Numbered from the stretch's first letter, positions 18,561 through 31,510 are shown. The stretch: 57,063 nt of DNA from an uncultured Bacilli bacterium (GCA_947623665.1 CANQHJ010000001.1:1-57063); one strand, 5' to 3'. Numbers and translations are program-made. The notes: generated from the sequence alone by a model not told the origin.

Positions 18561-19127
18561 CTATTTATTTTTACTATTATATTTACTCATCAACTCCGAA
18601 AAACTTAATATAAAAAAATCATCTATTATTTCATTAACTTTATCTTGCAAACTTTCCAATATACCTAACTCTTCCTTTGTAAATTTACCTAAAACATAAT
18701 TTATAGTATCATAATCTTTTTTATTTGAAATTCCTATTTTAAGTCTTTTATAATTTTGACTAGAGATCATTTTTTCTATATTTTTAAGTCCATTATGTCC
18801 TCCACTACTTCCTTTAGATTTCAACTTAAAATTACCTATATTTAAATCCAAATCATCTGAAATAACTAAAATATCAGAAATATCTATTTTAAAATAATTA
18901 ACATAATAACTGACTACTGTACCAGATAAATTCATATAAGATTGAGGTTTTAAAAATATAACATTTTCATCATTAATTTTTGCCTTTACATACAAACCAT
19001 TATTTTTCTGAATAAACCCACTAATACCTTTATATTTTAAGTAATTATCTAAAAACATAAATCCTATATTATGTCTAGTTTTTTCATACTCCCTGCCAGG
19101 GTTTCCAAGACCAACAATTAACTTCAT
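18561..19127 (-). CDS. pth: Peptidyl-tRNA hydrolase
   Basis: MKLIVGLGNPGREYEKTRHNIGF is the canonical Pth N-terminus. Confidence 0.95.
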   Translation of the reverse strand: MKLIVGLGNPGREYEKTRHNIGFMFLDNYLKYKGISGFIQKNNGLYVKAKINDENVIFLKPQSYMNLSGTVVSYYVNYFKIDISDILVISDDLDLNIGNFKLKSKGSSGGHNGLKNIEKMISSQNYKRLKIGISNKKDYDTINYVLGKFTKEELGILESLQDKVNEIIDDFFILSFSELMSKYNSKNK

Positions 19128-19131
19128 ATTA

Positions 19132-19974
19132 TCACTTCCCTCTTGTATGATATTCTTTATAAACTATAGATTTTGCTATTTTTCTTTCTTCTGCAACTTT
19201 TTTTATAGCATCTTTTTCTGACATACCATCGTCTAAATATAATTTTATATGTTCTAAAATAGAAACATCAGAAAAGTCTTTTACACTATCATTACCAGAC
19301 ACCACTATTACAAATTCTCCTTTTAATGTACTCATATTTTCAATTACATCACTAATTTTTCCTCTATAAACCTCTTCATATTTTTTTGATAGTTCACGAC
19401 ATATACAAATATTTCTATTTCCAAAAATACCTAACATATCTTTTAAAAACTTTTCAATTCTATGAGGAGCTTCATAAAATATCAGTGTATGATCAACTTG
19501 TTTTAATATTTCTAATTCTTTCCTTCTTTTAGAATCTTTTGCATTTAAAAATCCATAAAAAGTAAAAGGTGCAGGCATTAATCCTGACATAGTTAAAGCT
19601 GGAACAAAAGCAGTTGCACCTGGTAAAGAAATAACATTAATTTTTTTCCTTATAGCTTCTTTAACAATTTCATAACCAGGATCACTAATAATCGGAGTAC
19701 CTTGATCAGTAACAAGTGCCACATCATTACCATCTTTTATTTTCTGAACTACTTTTTCTTTAATATTTTTTTCATTATACTCATGACAACTAATTAATTT
19801 CTTCTTTATATCATACTTTTTTAATAAATTACCAGTAATTCTAGTATCTTCACATAAAATTAAATCTACATTTTTCAAAGTATTAAGTGATCTTACAGTA
19901 ATATCTTCTAAATTACCAATTGGAGTTGGTACTAAATATAAACTTTTACTATTATCATAACTTTTTTGGCTCAT
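19132..19974 (-). CDS. rsmI: 16S rRNA (cytidine1402-2'-O)-methyltransferase RsmI
   Basis: LYLVPTPIGNLEDITVRSLNTLKNVDLILCEDTR is the RsmI (YabC) signature. Confidence 0.92.
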   Translation of the reverse strand: MSQKSYDNSKSLYLVPTPIGNLEDITVRSLNTLKNVDLILCEDTRITGNLLKKYDIKKKLISCHEYNEKNIKEKVVQKIKDGNDVALVTDQGTPIISDPGYEIVKEAIRKKINVISLPGATAFVPALTMSGLMPAPFTFYGFLNAKDSKRRKELEILKQVDHTLIFYEAPHRIEKFLKDMLGIFGNRNICICRELSKKYEEVYRGKISDVIENMSTLKGEFVIVVSGNDSVKDFSDVSILEHIKLYLDDGMSEKDAIKKVAEERKIAKSIVYKEYHTRGK

Positions 19975-19975
19975 A

Positions 19976-20722
19976 TCATTTCTTCACCTCACTTAATATT
20001 TTTCTATATTCATTAGTCTCATTTCCATTTTCATCATACATAATAAACGGTGGTAATATCTTCAAACCACTTCTTCCATTTTTACTTCCTTCAATAAAAA
20101 ATAATTTAGCATTCATATTTTGATTATGATAAATAAATCTAATTATTTTAGGTTCAATATTATTTTTTTCAAATAATCTTAATATTTCAACTAGTCTATC
20201 TGTTCTAAAAATCATTGCAAATTTACCATTATTTTTCAATAATTTTCTACTTATAGACAACACTTCTTCAATACTAATCGATTGTTCATGCCTACTAATC
20301 TTTTTAGAATCACTAACTGGCAATTTAAAACTATTATTAAAAAAAGGTGGATTACATACTACAATATCATAAGTTTCAGTATCAATCCTTTTTGCAAATT
20401 TTTTCATATCTTCATTATAAATTGTGATTTGTTTTTGAAGTTTATTTATTTTTACATTTTCCTTTGCAATAACTGATACTTCTTTTTGTATTTCAACACC
20501 ATCAATATGAGCATTAGTTCTAAGAGAAAGTATAAGAGGAATGGGTGCAATACCCGTTCCTAAATCTAATATATTTCTTACTCGTGTATTAATATTAACA
20601 AAATTAGCTAAAATTAAGCTATCCAATGAAAAAGCTAAAAAATTATTATCTTGAATAATTTTTCTATCATATCCAACTAAATCAGTTATTTTTTGTGAAC
20701 AATTCATTAATTTCATATTCAA
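19976..20722 (-). CDS. SAM-dependent methyltransferase, tRNA1(Val) m6A37 TrmN6/YabB-like
   Basis: NPPF catalytic motif (VCNPPFF) and SAM motif ILDLGTGIAPI. The position before rsmI matches B. subtilis yabB. The start is uncertain because the ORF overlaps the ricT 3' end. Confidence 0.75.
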   Translation of the reverse strand: MNMKLMNCSQKITDLVGYDRKIIQDNNFLAFSLDSLILANFVNINTRVRNILDLGTGIAPIPLILSLRTNAHIDGVEIQKEVSVIAKENVKINKLQKQITIYNEDMKKFAKRIDTETYDIVVCNPPFFNNSFKLPVSDSKKISRHEQSISIEEVLSISRKLLKNNGKFAMIFRTDRLVEILRLFEKNNIEPKIIRFIYHNQNMNAKLFFIEGSKNGRSGLKILPPFIMYDENGNETNEYRKILSEVKK

Positions 20723-21485
20723 TAATACCTTGATTTTTATATTCTACTTTCACAGCTTTCTTAAACACATCCATAGAAACTATTTTTCCAACACCATCTT
20801 TAGTTTCCACAATTGTACCAAGAGAAGGCATATCTTTTTTTAATTCTGTATATACATCATCTTCATAATTCAAACAACATAAAAGCCTTCCACATACACC
20901 GTTGATTTTAGTTGGATTCAAAGCTAAAAGTTGATTTTTAGCCATATTAATAGAAACACTATTAAAATCTGTTAAAAAAGTATTACAACATAAAAATAAT
21001 CCACAAGGTCCTAATCCTCCAACACGTTTTGCTTTATCTCTAACACCAATCTGTCTTAATTCTATTCTTGTTTTATATTTTTGGGCTAATTTTTTTGCAA
21101 GTTCTCTAAAATCCACTCTAGCAGAAGAAACAAAATAAAAATACAACTGATTACAAGAAAAAGTATATTTAGCATCAACAAAGTTCATATCTAATCCTAA
21201 ATCCTTAGCAACTTTTTTAGCATATTTTAATGCCTTATTAGCTTCTTTTTCATTTTTTTCATTAACAATCAAATCTTTCTTAGTAGCAACACGAACTACT
21301 TTTTCAATAGGAGAAGACAAATTATCTTTACTTTCTTGATAAACTCCTTTTTTTACAACACCTATTTGTAATCCATTTTCCGTGTTAACAATTACCACAT
21401 CTTTTTCTTTCAAAGGTAAAGAATTAGGAGAATAATAATTTAATTCATCAGAGTTATTCAAAACAATACCTACTACATCATACAT
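20682..21485 (-). CDS. ricT: PSP1-domain protein RicT/YaaT
   Basis: PSP1 C-terminal domain with the Cys cluster GPCGLFLCCNTF...GVCGRLLCCLNYE. The position after holB matches Bacillus. Confidence 0.9.
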   Translation of the reverse strand: MYDVVGIVLNNSDELNYYSPNSLPLKEKDVVIVNTENGLQIGVVKKGVYQESKDNLSSPIEKVVRVATKKDLIVNEKNEKEANKALKYAKKVAKDLGLDMNFVDAKYTFSCNQLYFYFVSSARVDFRELAKKLAQKYKTRIELRQIGVRDKAKRVGGLGPCGLFLCCNTFLTDFNSVSINMAKNQLLALNPTKINGVCGRLLCCLNYEDDVYTELKKDMPSLGTIVETKDGVGKIVSMDVFKKAVKVEYKNQGIIEYEINELFTKNN

Positions 21486-22287
21486 TTTCTTTTACCTCCA
21501 TATATTTAATTATAAAATTATCTAACCAAAGTTTAAAATTAAGATTATATTTCAAATTATTTTTCTCATTTCTAAAAAGTTCTATATACTTTAAAGTCTG
21601 TTCATTAATATCTTTTTCCTCACTAATACAATTATAATATTTTTTCTCTAATAAATCCAATATAGTAATTGCCTGTTTTTTATCAACAAACAAGTCTTCA
21701 AGAATTTTATTATAATTTAAAAAGGCTTTTTCAGATGATTCAAACAATTCAAAAAAGTGGACAAGTTTACTATCATCTATTTGAGAAATAATATTATCCA
21801 TACTAAGTATTTGACATCTAGAAATAATAGTATCTAATAACATATACTTATTTTTAGTAATTAAAATTGCAATCACACCATCACTAGGTTCTTCTAAAAA
21901 TTTCAAAATAGTATTAGAAGCTTCTTTATTCATCTTATCTGCTTCAAAAACTACATAAACTTGCAAATTATTAATAGATTTATTCTTAAATTTAGACTTA
22001 ACATCTATTAACTGTTCTTTCTTAATTATATGATTATTAGGATAAACTTTTATAAAGTCAGTGAAAGCATCATTATCTATCAAATTACAAATTTTAATAT
22101 ATTCCTCACTATTAACATCAGAGTATATTCTAGAAAAAATAAGTTTAACTAATTCTATTATGACATTTTCACAACATTCATTCTCATTAGTTTCAACTAT
22201 ATAAGCATGAAAAAATTTCTCTTTATTCAAAAAGTTAACTCTTACTTGTTCACTAAAATTTTTATATTTTTTAATTTCATTTTGCAT
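21478..22287 (-). CDS. holB: DNA polymerase III delta-prime subunit (short form)
   Basis: FFHAYIVE..., LKFLEEP and IISRCQ clamp-loader motifs. Its position upstream of ricT matches Bacillus. Confidence 0.75.
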   Translation of the reverse strand: MQNEIKKYKNFSEQVRVNFLNKEKFFHAYIVETNENECCENVIIELVKLIFSRIYSDVNSEEYIKICNLIDNDAFTDFIKVYPNNHIIKKEQLIDVKSKFKNKSINNLQVYVVFEADKMNKEASNTILKFLEEPSDGVIAILITKNKYMLLDTIISRCQILSMDNIISQIDDSKLVHFFELFESSEKAFLNYNKILEDLFVDKKQAITILDLLEKKYYNCISEEKDINEQTLKYIELFRNEKNNLKYNLNFKLWLDNFIIKYMEVKENV

Positions 22288-22294
22288 AATTACC

Positions 22295-22480
22295 TCACAA
22301 TGTAAACATTTTTAATATAATAAGAGCAAAAATAGCAGGTACTCCTAATACTCCTACTAAAGAAAGAGTAATTAAATTCATAGGAATTACTAAATTAAAA
22401 TTGGCAGCAATGATATTATATCCATATAAAACAAAAGAACTCAAAATAAATCTCTTTATATATGCAAAAATTTTCTCCAT
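22295..22480 (-). CDS. bofA: Pro-sigma-K processing inhibitor BofA (short)
   Basis: VIPMNLITLSLVGVLGVPAIFALIILKMF parallels B. subtilis BofA HVPINLVTTAISGILGIPGIAALVVIKQF (recalled). The position after recR matches Bacillus. Confidence 0.75.
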   Translation of the reverse strand: MEKIFAYIKRFILSSFVLYGYNIIAANFNLVIPMNLITLSLVGVLGVPAIFALIILKMFTL

Positions 22481-22526
22481 ATCTCATACCTCACTCATTA
22501 ATACAAAATATGAAAAAAATTAAGTT

Positions 22527-23123
22527 TTATGATATTGGCTTTCTATCATTTAAAGCTCTTTCTAGTGTAAGAGTATCAATATATTCCATATCAGCTCCAA
22601 TTGGAACACCACTAGCAAGTCTTGTAATTTTTATATCTAAACCTTCTAAAAGCTTTTTTACATAAAGTGCAGTCGTTTCTCCTTCTATACTAGGTTTAAA
22701 AGCAAAAATTATTTCTTTAAAATTTTCATTTTTTACACGCTCTATCAATTTATCTAATCCAATATCTTCTGGATTCACACCCTCAAGAGGTGAAATCAAA
22801 CCATTAATAACATGATATAAACCATTATACACTTGAAGTTTTTCTATCAAAAAAACATTTTTTGCATCTTCTACAATACATAAAGTTTCTCTATCACGAG
22901 TCTTATCATTGCAAATAAGACAATTATCATCTTCTACAAAAGAGTTGCATATACTACATAAAGAAATATTTTTCTTTATATTTTTAAGACTATTTGAAAA
23001 AAGTTCAATTTTTTCTTCATCGAAATCCAAAACAGAAAATGCTAGTCTTTCTGCAGTTTTTTCACCAATACCAGGAAAATATTTAAAAGATTCAATTAAT
23101 TCATTTAAACTTTTTGGATACAT
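22527..23123 (-). CDS. recR: Recombination protein RecR
   Basis: HhH motif (LPGIGEKTAERLAF-like), a Cys4 zinc finger (CSICNSF...CLICND) and a Toprim domain. Confidence 0.95.
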   Translation of the reverse strand: MYPKSLNELIESFKYFPGIGEKTAERLAFSVLDFDEEKIELFSNSLKNIKKNISLCSICNSFVEDDNCLICNDKTRDRETLCIVEDAKNVFLIEKLQVYNGLYHVINGLISPLEGVNPEDIGLDKLIERVKNENFKEIIFAFKPSIEGETTALYVKKLLEGLDIKITRLASGVPIGADMEYIDTLTLERALNDRKPIS

Positions 23124-23125
23124 AA

Positions 23126-23425
23126 TTAAAACAATCCTGGTAATGAACTAGTATATTTTCCTAGTTTTTTTTCAGTAATTTCATCAACTTGTTTTAAAGC
23201 ATTATTAGTAGCAACTAAAATCATATCTTCCAAAAGATCCAACTCTTCAGAAGTTATTTCACTTTCTTTATCTATCTCTACTTTAACAACTTCCTTTGTA
23301 CCTTTAACAACTACTTTGACTAAAGAACTTTCACCTACAAATTCCATAGCATCTATTTCTTCTTTAGATTTCATCATATCTTTTTGCATAGCTTGCGCTT
23401 GTTTCATAATTGCTTGCATATTCAT
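23126..23425 (-). CDS. ybaB: Nucleoid-associated protein YbaB/EbfC
   Basis: MNMQAIMKQAQAMQKDMMKSKEE... and the C-terminal LPGLF are typical. Its position between dnaX and recR matches other bacteria. Confidence 0.93.
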   Translation of the reverse strand: MNMQAIMKQAQAMQKDMMKSKEEIDAMEFVGESSLVKVVVKGTKEVVKVEIDKESEITSEELDLLEDMILVATNNALKQVDEITEKKLGKYTSSLPGLF

Positions 23426-23439
23426 AATTAATCTCTCCT

Positions 23440-25131
23440 TTATTCATATTCTATTACATCACCAAACATTTCGATAACAGATTCTGAATTACCATCATCA
23501 ACCACTTTTTCAGAATTATCATCTAAACTTGGCTCTTCCTTGTACTCATATATTATACCATTTTTTTTATTTTTAATATACTCTTCTTTTATTTTTTCCC
23601 AATTTTCATCAGTAATAAGAGCAATAGAAACATTAAATCCAGTTATTTGATTATAAACCTTTTGAATTTTATCAATATTTTTTAAATTCTTTTTAACAGA
23701 AGAATCATACTCATAGCTCAAAATAATATTCCTTTCACTAGCAGCTCTAAGAGTAGCATCCATTATATCACAAATAAGATAACCAATTTTTGTATCAAAA
23801 GTAAAATCACTAAACTTAGAAAACATACTTTTATGATTATTCAAAGCATCTTTAGAAGCCTCTGCAAATGTATTATTTATTCTAACATCATTAATATCAT
23901 ACAAAAGTTTTAAATTTTCTTCATTTATCTCTTCTTTATTAACAACCCTATTGCTTTTCTTTTTTTCCACAAAATTTTCGTCTTCAGCATTATTGTCATC
24001 AATTTCTTTTTCCACAATTTTAGAATCAAAGCCACTATTTTTATTTTCCACAATTACTATATTTTTTTTATCTTCGTAATCAATTGATTTTGGAGATAAC
24101 TTTCTTAAAATATTTAAAATCATTATCTCAAAATAAATATTAGGATGTTCACTTTTTTTCAAATCAAACATTTTTTCGTTTAAAGTGTTTGCTAAAACTT
24201 CAATTAATTTAATATCAAAAAAATCTTCTTTAACATTATTTATATAATAATCCACAATCACATCCGATAATTTATACACAAGTTGATTAGCTATTTGTAC
24301 AATATTTTTTCCACTATTAAAATAATCATTTATTTTTTTTATTAACTCTTTATTATTTCCCAAACAAAAATCTTTTATAAAATCTTTTATTTCTTTTTCC
24401 GCAAGTAAAGAATTTAATTTATAAAAATCCTCCAAAGTAATTTCAGCAGTCTTATAAATTGATACCTTATCTAACATTCCTAAAGAATCACGCATTCCTC
24501 CTTCAGAAACTCTTGCTATTTCATACAATACTTCATCAGATATATTAATGTTTTCCAAATCAGAAACATACCTTAATCTTTTTACAATATCATTATTTGA
24601 AACACGTTCAAAGGAAAAAGTCTGACATCTAGAAATAATAGTTTCTGGAACTTTATCTATTTCAGTCGTAGCTAAAATAAAAATACTATGTGCTGGTGGT
24701 TCTTCAATAGTTTTTAGTAAGGCATTAAAAGCTCCCATAGATAACATATGAACTTCATCAATTATATATATTTTATAATCAAGACTACTTGGAACTAAAT
24801 TAACCTTACTTTTTAATTCTCGTATTTCATCAACACCATTATTTGAAGCTGCATCTATTTCTATAATATCAACACATTCGTTTTCTTTTGATACAATGCA
24901 ATTTTTACAACTATCACACAACAATTTTCCATCTTGGTGTTTACAATTTACAGCACGTGCCATTATTTTAGCTAATGTTGTTTTCCCTGTTCCTCTAGGT
25001 CCATAAAAAATATAAGAATGACTTATTTTATTATTTCTAATTGCATTTTCTAATGTTTTTACTACTATTTTCTGTCCAACTACATCGTCAAAATTTTTAG
25101 GACGATATTTTCTATATAATACTTGATACAT
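23440..25131 (-). CDS. dnaX: DNA polymerase III gamma/tau subunit DnaX
   Basis: YRKYRPKNFDDVVGQ, GPRGTGKTT, a Cys zinc module and SRCQ. The ATG at 25131 follows GGAGG; the track ORF starts at a TTG at 25143. Confidence 0.95.
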   Translation of the reverse strand: MYQVLYRKYRPKNFDDVVGQKIVVKTLENAIRNNKISHSYIFYGPRGTGKTTLAKIMARAVNCKHQDGKLLCDSCKNCIVSKENECVDIIEIDAASNNGVDEIRELKSKVNLVPSSLDYKIYIIDEVHMLSMGAFNALLKTIEEPPAHSIFILATTEIDKVPETIISRCQTFSFERVSNNDIVKRLRYVSDLENINISDEVLYEIARVSEGGMRDSLGMLDKVSIYKTAEITLEDFYKLNSLLAEKEIKDFIKDFCLGNNKELIKKINDYFNSGKNIVQIANQLVYKLSDVIVDYYINNVKEDFFDIKLIEVLANTLNEKMFDLKKSEHPNIYFEIMILNILRKLSPKSIDYEDKKNIVIVENKNSGFDSKIVEKEIDDNNAEDENFVEKKKSNRVVNKEEINEENLKLLYDINDVRINNTFAEASKDALNNHKSMFSKFSDFTFDTKIGYLICDIMDATLRAASERNIILSYEYDSSVKKNLKNIDKIQKVYNQITGFNVSIALITDENWEKIKEEYIKNKKNGIIYEYKEEPSLDDNSEKVVDDGNSESVIEMFGDVIEYE

Positions 25132-25178
25132 AACAACCTCCAAGATAACACTATTATATCAAATAAAAAGAAATAATG

Positions 25179-25622
25179 TTATCTTTTATTTTCAAAAAAA
25201 CGTTGCATTATTTCTTTTACTTCATCGGCACAAAAACCATACATATAATTAACTTTTTTATTTGTATTAGTTTTGGCAAAAATTTTATTTACAATTTCAT
25301 GATTATTTTCATCTAAATTTTCTATTCCATAATAAACATTTTTTATTCTTGATTGCTGAATAGCACTAGCACACATAGGACAAGGTTCTAAAGTAATGTA
25401 AATATCACAGTCATCAAGTCTCCAATTCCCAATTTTTTTTTGTGCCTTTTCTATAGCAATAATTTCTGCATGTTTTAACACATTATTAAGTTTGTTTTTT
25501 TTATTATAGCCTCTAGCAATAATTTCATTATTTTTAACAATAACAGCTCCGATTGGAACTTCTTCCATTTCATATGCCTTTCTTGCTTCTTCTAAAGCCA
25601 CCTTCATAAACTTTATATTCAT
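25179..25622 (-). CDS. tadA: tRNA adenosine(34) deaminase TadA
   Basis: HAEI...PCPMCA zinc deaminase motifs. ATG at 25622; the track ORF starts at a TTG at 25637. Confidence 0.9.
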   Translation of the reverse strand: MNIKFMKVALEEARKAYEMEEVPIGAVIVKNNEIIARGYNKKNKLNNVLKHAEIIAIEKAQKKIGNWRLDDCDIYITLEPCPMCASAIQQSRIKNVYYGIENLDENNHEIVNKIFAKTNTNKKVNYMYGFCADEVKEIMQRFFENKR

Positions 25623-25636
25623 AAATATCACTTCCA

Positions 25637-25718
25637 AAAATAAAGATGCACATAAATATCAAATGTTAAGGCTGCTATTTTCCAATCCTGACCTGTTTCC
25701 ATAGATATTTATTGCATC
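25637..25718 (-). ncRNA. ffs: Small (4.5S-type, no Alu domain) signal recognition particle RNA
   Basis: The minus strand reads GAUGCAAUAAAUAUC...ACAGGUCAGGAUUGGAAAAUAGCAGCCUUAAC...GAUAUUUAUGUGCAUC followed by UUUAUUUUU. It carries the conserved domain IV signature GGUCAGG-stem-GGAA tetraloop-stem-AGCAGCC. The 15-bp closing stem has one bulge. The 5' G lies 7 nt downstream of a TATAAT box. Confidence 0.75.
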
Positions 25719-25724
25719 GAATTA

Positions 25725-25753
25725 ATTATATTATAAAAGTAATATTTTCACAA
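25725..25753 (-). promoter_or_regulatory. Sigma-A promoter of the SRP RNA (TTGTGA, 17 nt, TATAAT)
   Basis: On the minus strand, TTGTGA at 25753..25748, a 17-nt spacer and TATAAT at 25730..25725. The predicted start at 25718 coincides with the base of the SRP RNA stem. Confidence 0.6.
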
Positions 25754-25801
25754 TATTTTTATAGTAAATAGCAAAAAATATTTCCCAAGCAATAATTTTT
25801 T

Positions 25802-25817
25802 TATTTCCCGGGAAATA
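25802..25817. promoter_or_regulatory. Noc-binding site (NBS), perfect 16-bp palindrome TATTTCCCGGGAAATA
   Basis: Contains the exact B. subtilis NBS consensus ATTTCCCGGGAAAT. A degenerate copy TATTTCCCAAGCAATA lies at 25779-25794. Confidence 0.75.
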
Positions 25818-25820
25818 TTT

Positions 25821-25836
25821 TGTTTCACGTGAAACC
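25821..25836. promoter_or_regulatory. parS centromere site TGTTTCACGTGAAACC
   Basis: 15 of 16 matches to the Firmicute parS consensus TGTTNCACGTGAAACA. The 14-bp core is a perfect palindrome. Confidence 0.8.
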
Positions 25837-25855
25837 CGAATATTACAACTCTCTA

Positions 25856-25871
25856 TGTTTCACGTGAAACA
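25856..25871. promoter_or_regulatory. parS centromere site TGTTTCACGTGAAACA (perfect)
   Basis: 16 of 16 matches to the parS consensus and a perfect palindrome. It abuts the U-tract of the gyrA terminator. Confidence 0.85.
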
Positions 25872-25900
25872 AAAAAAAGAGTATATTCAATTATACTCTT
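25871..25900 (-). terminator. Rho-independent terminator of gyrA
   Basis: AAGAGTATA pairs with TATACTCTT around a 6-nt loop, starting at the gyrA stop codon. A T-run (TTTTTT) follows on the minus strand. Confidence 0.8.
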
Positions 25901-28359
25901 TATACATTTGGAGTTTCTATTTCTGTTTCTTGGCTTTGATCATATTCTTTTTCTACTACTGCAACTGTTGAAACACTTTGTTTATCTTTTAAATGAATTA
26001 ATCTTACTCCTTGTGTTGCTCTTCTTAATATAGAAACTTGAGATAATGGCATTTTCATTAACACTCCACTGTCAGTTATAATCATTAAATCTTTTTCTTC
26101 TATATTATTAACACATTTTAACGATACTATATTTCCATTTTTCTCTGTAATATTTAATGTTTTAACTCCTTTACTTCCTCTATGCGTTAATCTATACTCT
26201 TCAATTTTAGTTTGTTTACCATATCCTTTTTCTGAAATAACTAATATGTAATCTCCAGGTTTAACAACTTCTGCACCTACAACTTTATTTCCACATAAAT
26301 CTATTCCTTTAACTCCTGAAGCTGTTCTTCCCATTACTCTTACTTCATTTTCTGAAAATCTTACCATTCTACCTGATGAAGATCCAATAGCAATTTCATC
26401 ATCTCCGCTTGTAGCTTTTACACTTATTAATTGATCATCATCTTTTAAAGTAATTGCTATTTTTCCACTTTTTCTAATATTATCAAACTCTTCTACCTTA
26501 GTTCTTTTAATTAAACCATTCACAGTAGTAAATACTAAATATTTTACTTTTTCCACAGCATTCTCATCATATTTAATAATAGAATTAATCTTTTCATCTT
26601 TTTCTAAAGCTAATAAGTTAATAATAGGAATACCTTTTGATTGTCTACTAAACTCTGGAATAGTATATCCCTTCATTCTATAAACTTTTCCTTTATTTGA
26701 GAAAAATAATATATAATCATGTGTTTTCATAGAGATTAAATGATCCACAAAGTCCTCTTCATTAGTGCTCATTCCTTTTACTCCTACTCCACCACGATTT
26801 TGAGTACGATAAGTATCTGCTTTTAATCGTTTTATATATCCATTATTAGTTAAAGTTACAATTATGTTTTCCACAGGTATTAACGACTCATCTTCTATAT
26901 ACTCAATAGCAGTCATATCAATATTAGTCTTTCTTTCATCACCATATTTATTTTTAATCTCAAGCATTTCTTCTTTTATTATATTCAAAACTTTTTCCTC
27001 AGATGCAAGAATTGCTTTTAACTCTTCGATTTCTTTCAACAACGCCTCTAATTCGTTTTCCACTTTTTCACGTTCTAAACCAGTTAAACGACGCAATTTC
27101 ATTTCCAATATAGCTTGTGCCTGAGCTTCAGTTAAATTATATTTACTCATCAAGCCTTGCATTGCCTCTTCATCCTTTTTAGAACCTCTAATTAACGCAA
27201 TTATTTCATCAATATGATCTAATGCAATTTTCAATCCTTCTAAAATATGCGCTCTAGCTTCATCCTTCTTTAAATCGAATTTAGTACGACGAATAATTAT
27301 TTCCTTTTGATAATCAATATATTTAGAAATTATATCTTTTAAACCTAAAGTTTTTGGTACTCCTTGATCTAACATTAAGAAATTAATACCATAACTAGTT
27401 TGAAATGCAGTATGTTTATATAAATTATTAAGTACCACTTGAGGATTAGCATCTTTCTTCAAAGTTATAGTGATTTTAACACCATTTTTCAAATCAGTAT
27501 GATAATCAGCAATACCATCTATAACTTTATTATGAACTAAATCTGCTACTTTATTTTTCAAATCTAATGTATTAATTCCATAAGGTACTTCATCAATTAT
27601 AATATAATGTTTTCCTTTTTCTTCTTCTATTTTTGCCCTACTTCTTATAGTAATAGTACCTTTTCCTGTTTCATAAGCTTTTTTAATTCCACTATTTCCC
27701 AAGATAATTGCACCCGTTGGAAAATCAGGTCCTTTAATAAATTGCATTAATCCATCCACATCAATATCAGGATTATCAATATATGCAACACAACCATCAA
27801 TTACTTCTCCTAAATTATGAGGAGGAATATTTGTTGCCATACCAACTGCAATTCCCATCGTACCATTTACTAATATATTAGGGAATCTAGATGGTAAAAT
27901 TTCTGGTTCTTTTTCTGATTCATCAAAGTTAGGAACAAAATCTACAGTATTTTTATTAATATTTCTTAATAATTCTAACGAAATCTTAGAAAGACGAGAT
28001 TCAGTATAACGCATTGCTGCTGCTCCATATCCTTCTATATTACCAAAATTACCATGACCATCAACTAACATATAACGATAAGAAAAATCTTGTGCCATAC
28101 GAACCATAGCCTCATAAATACTAGAATCACCATGTGGATGATATTTTCCCATAACATCTCCGACAATTCTTGCACTCTTTTTATGAGGTTTATCAGGAGT
28201 ATATCCAGATTCATACATAGAATACAAAATTCTTCTATGAACAGGCTTTAATCCATCTCTCAAATCAGGTAAAGCCCTAGAAACTATAACACTCATAGAA
28301 TATTCCAAAAAAGAATCTCTAACTTCATTTACAATATTATTTTGTTCTAATCTATCCAT
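25900..28359 (-). CDS. gyrA: DNA gyrase subunit A
   Basis: Full-length 819-aa GyrA with ...[19 protein letters not shown]..., the active-site region and C-terminal beta-pinwheel repeats. Confidence 0.98.
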   Translation of the reverse strand: MDRLEQNNIVNEVRDSFLEYSMSVIVSRALPDLRDGLKPVHRRILYSMYESGYTPDKPHKKSARIVGDVMGKYHPHGDSSIYEAMVRMAQDFSYRYMLVDGHGNFGNIEGYGAAAMRYTESRLSKISLELLRNINKNTVDFVPNFDESEKEPEILPSRFPNILVNGTMGIAVGMATNIPPHNLGEVIDGCVAYIDNPDIDVDGLMQFIKGPDFPTGAIILGNSGIKKAYETGKGTITIRSRAKIEEEKGKHYIIIDEVPYGINTLDLKNKVADLVHNKVIDGIADYHTDLKNGVKITITLKKDANPQVVLNNLYKHTAFQTSYGINFLMLDQGVPKTLGLKDIISKYIDYQKEIIIRRTKFDLKKDEARAHILEGLKIALDHIDEIIALIRGSKKDEEAMQGLMSKYNLTEAQAQAILEMKLRRLTGLEREKVENELEALLKEIEELKAILASEEKVLNIIKEEMLEIKNKYGDERKTNIDMTAIEYIEDESLIPVENIIVTLTNNGYIKRLKADTYRTQNRGGVGVKGMSTNEEDFVDHLISMKTHDYILFFSNKGKVYRMKGYTIPEFSRQSKGIPIINLLALEKDEKINSIIKYDENAVEKVKYLVFTTVNGLIKRTKVEEFDNIRKSGKIAITLKDDDQLISVKATSGDDEIAIGSSSGRMVRFSENEVRVMGRTASGVKGIDLCGNKVVGAEVVKPGDYILVISEKGYGKQTKIEEYRLTHRGSKGVKTLNITEKNGNIVSLKCVNNIEEKDLMIITDSGVLMKMPLSQVSILRRATQGVRLIHLKDKQSVSTVAVVEKEYDQSQETEIETPNV

Positions 28360-28372
28360 ATAACCCTACCTC

Positions 28373-31412
<3,040 letters not shown>

Positions 31413-31510
31413 TTAAAACCAAATAAAAGACTCATATTATCACCTATCCCCTATTTCGGTATTCCTATACATGCACTACTATTATATCATATATGTATTA
31501 TTTTTGCACG

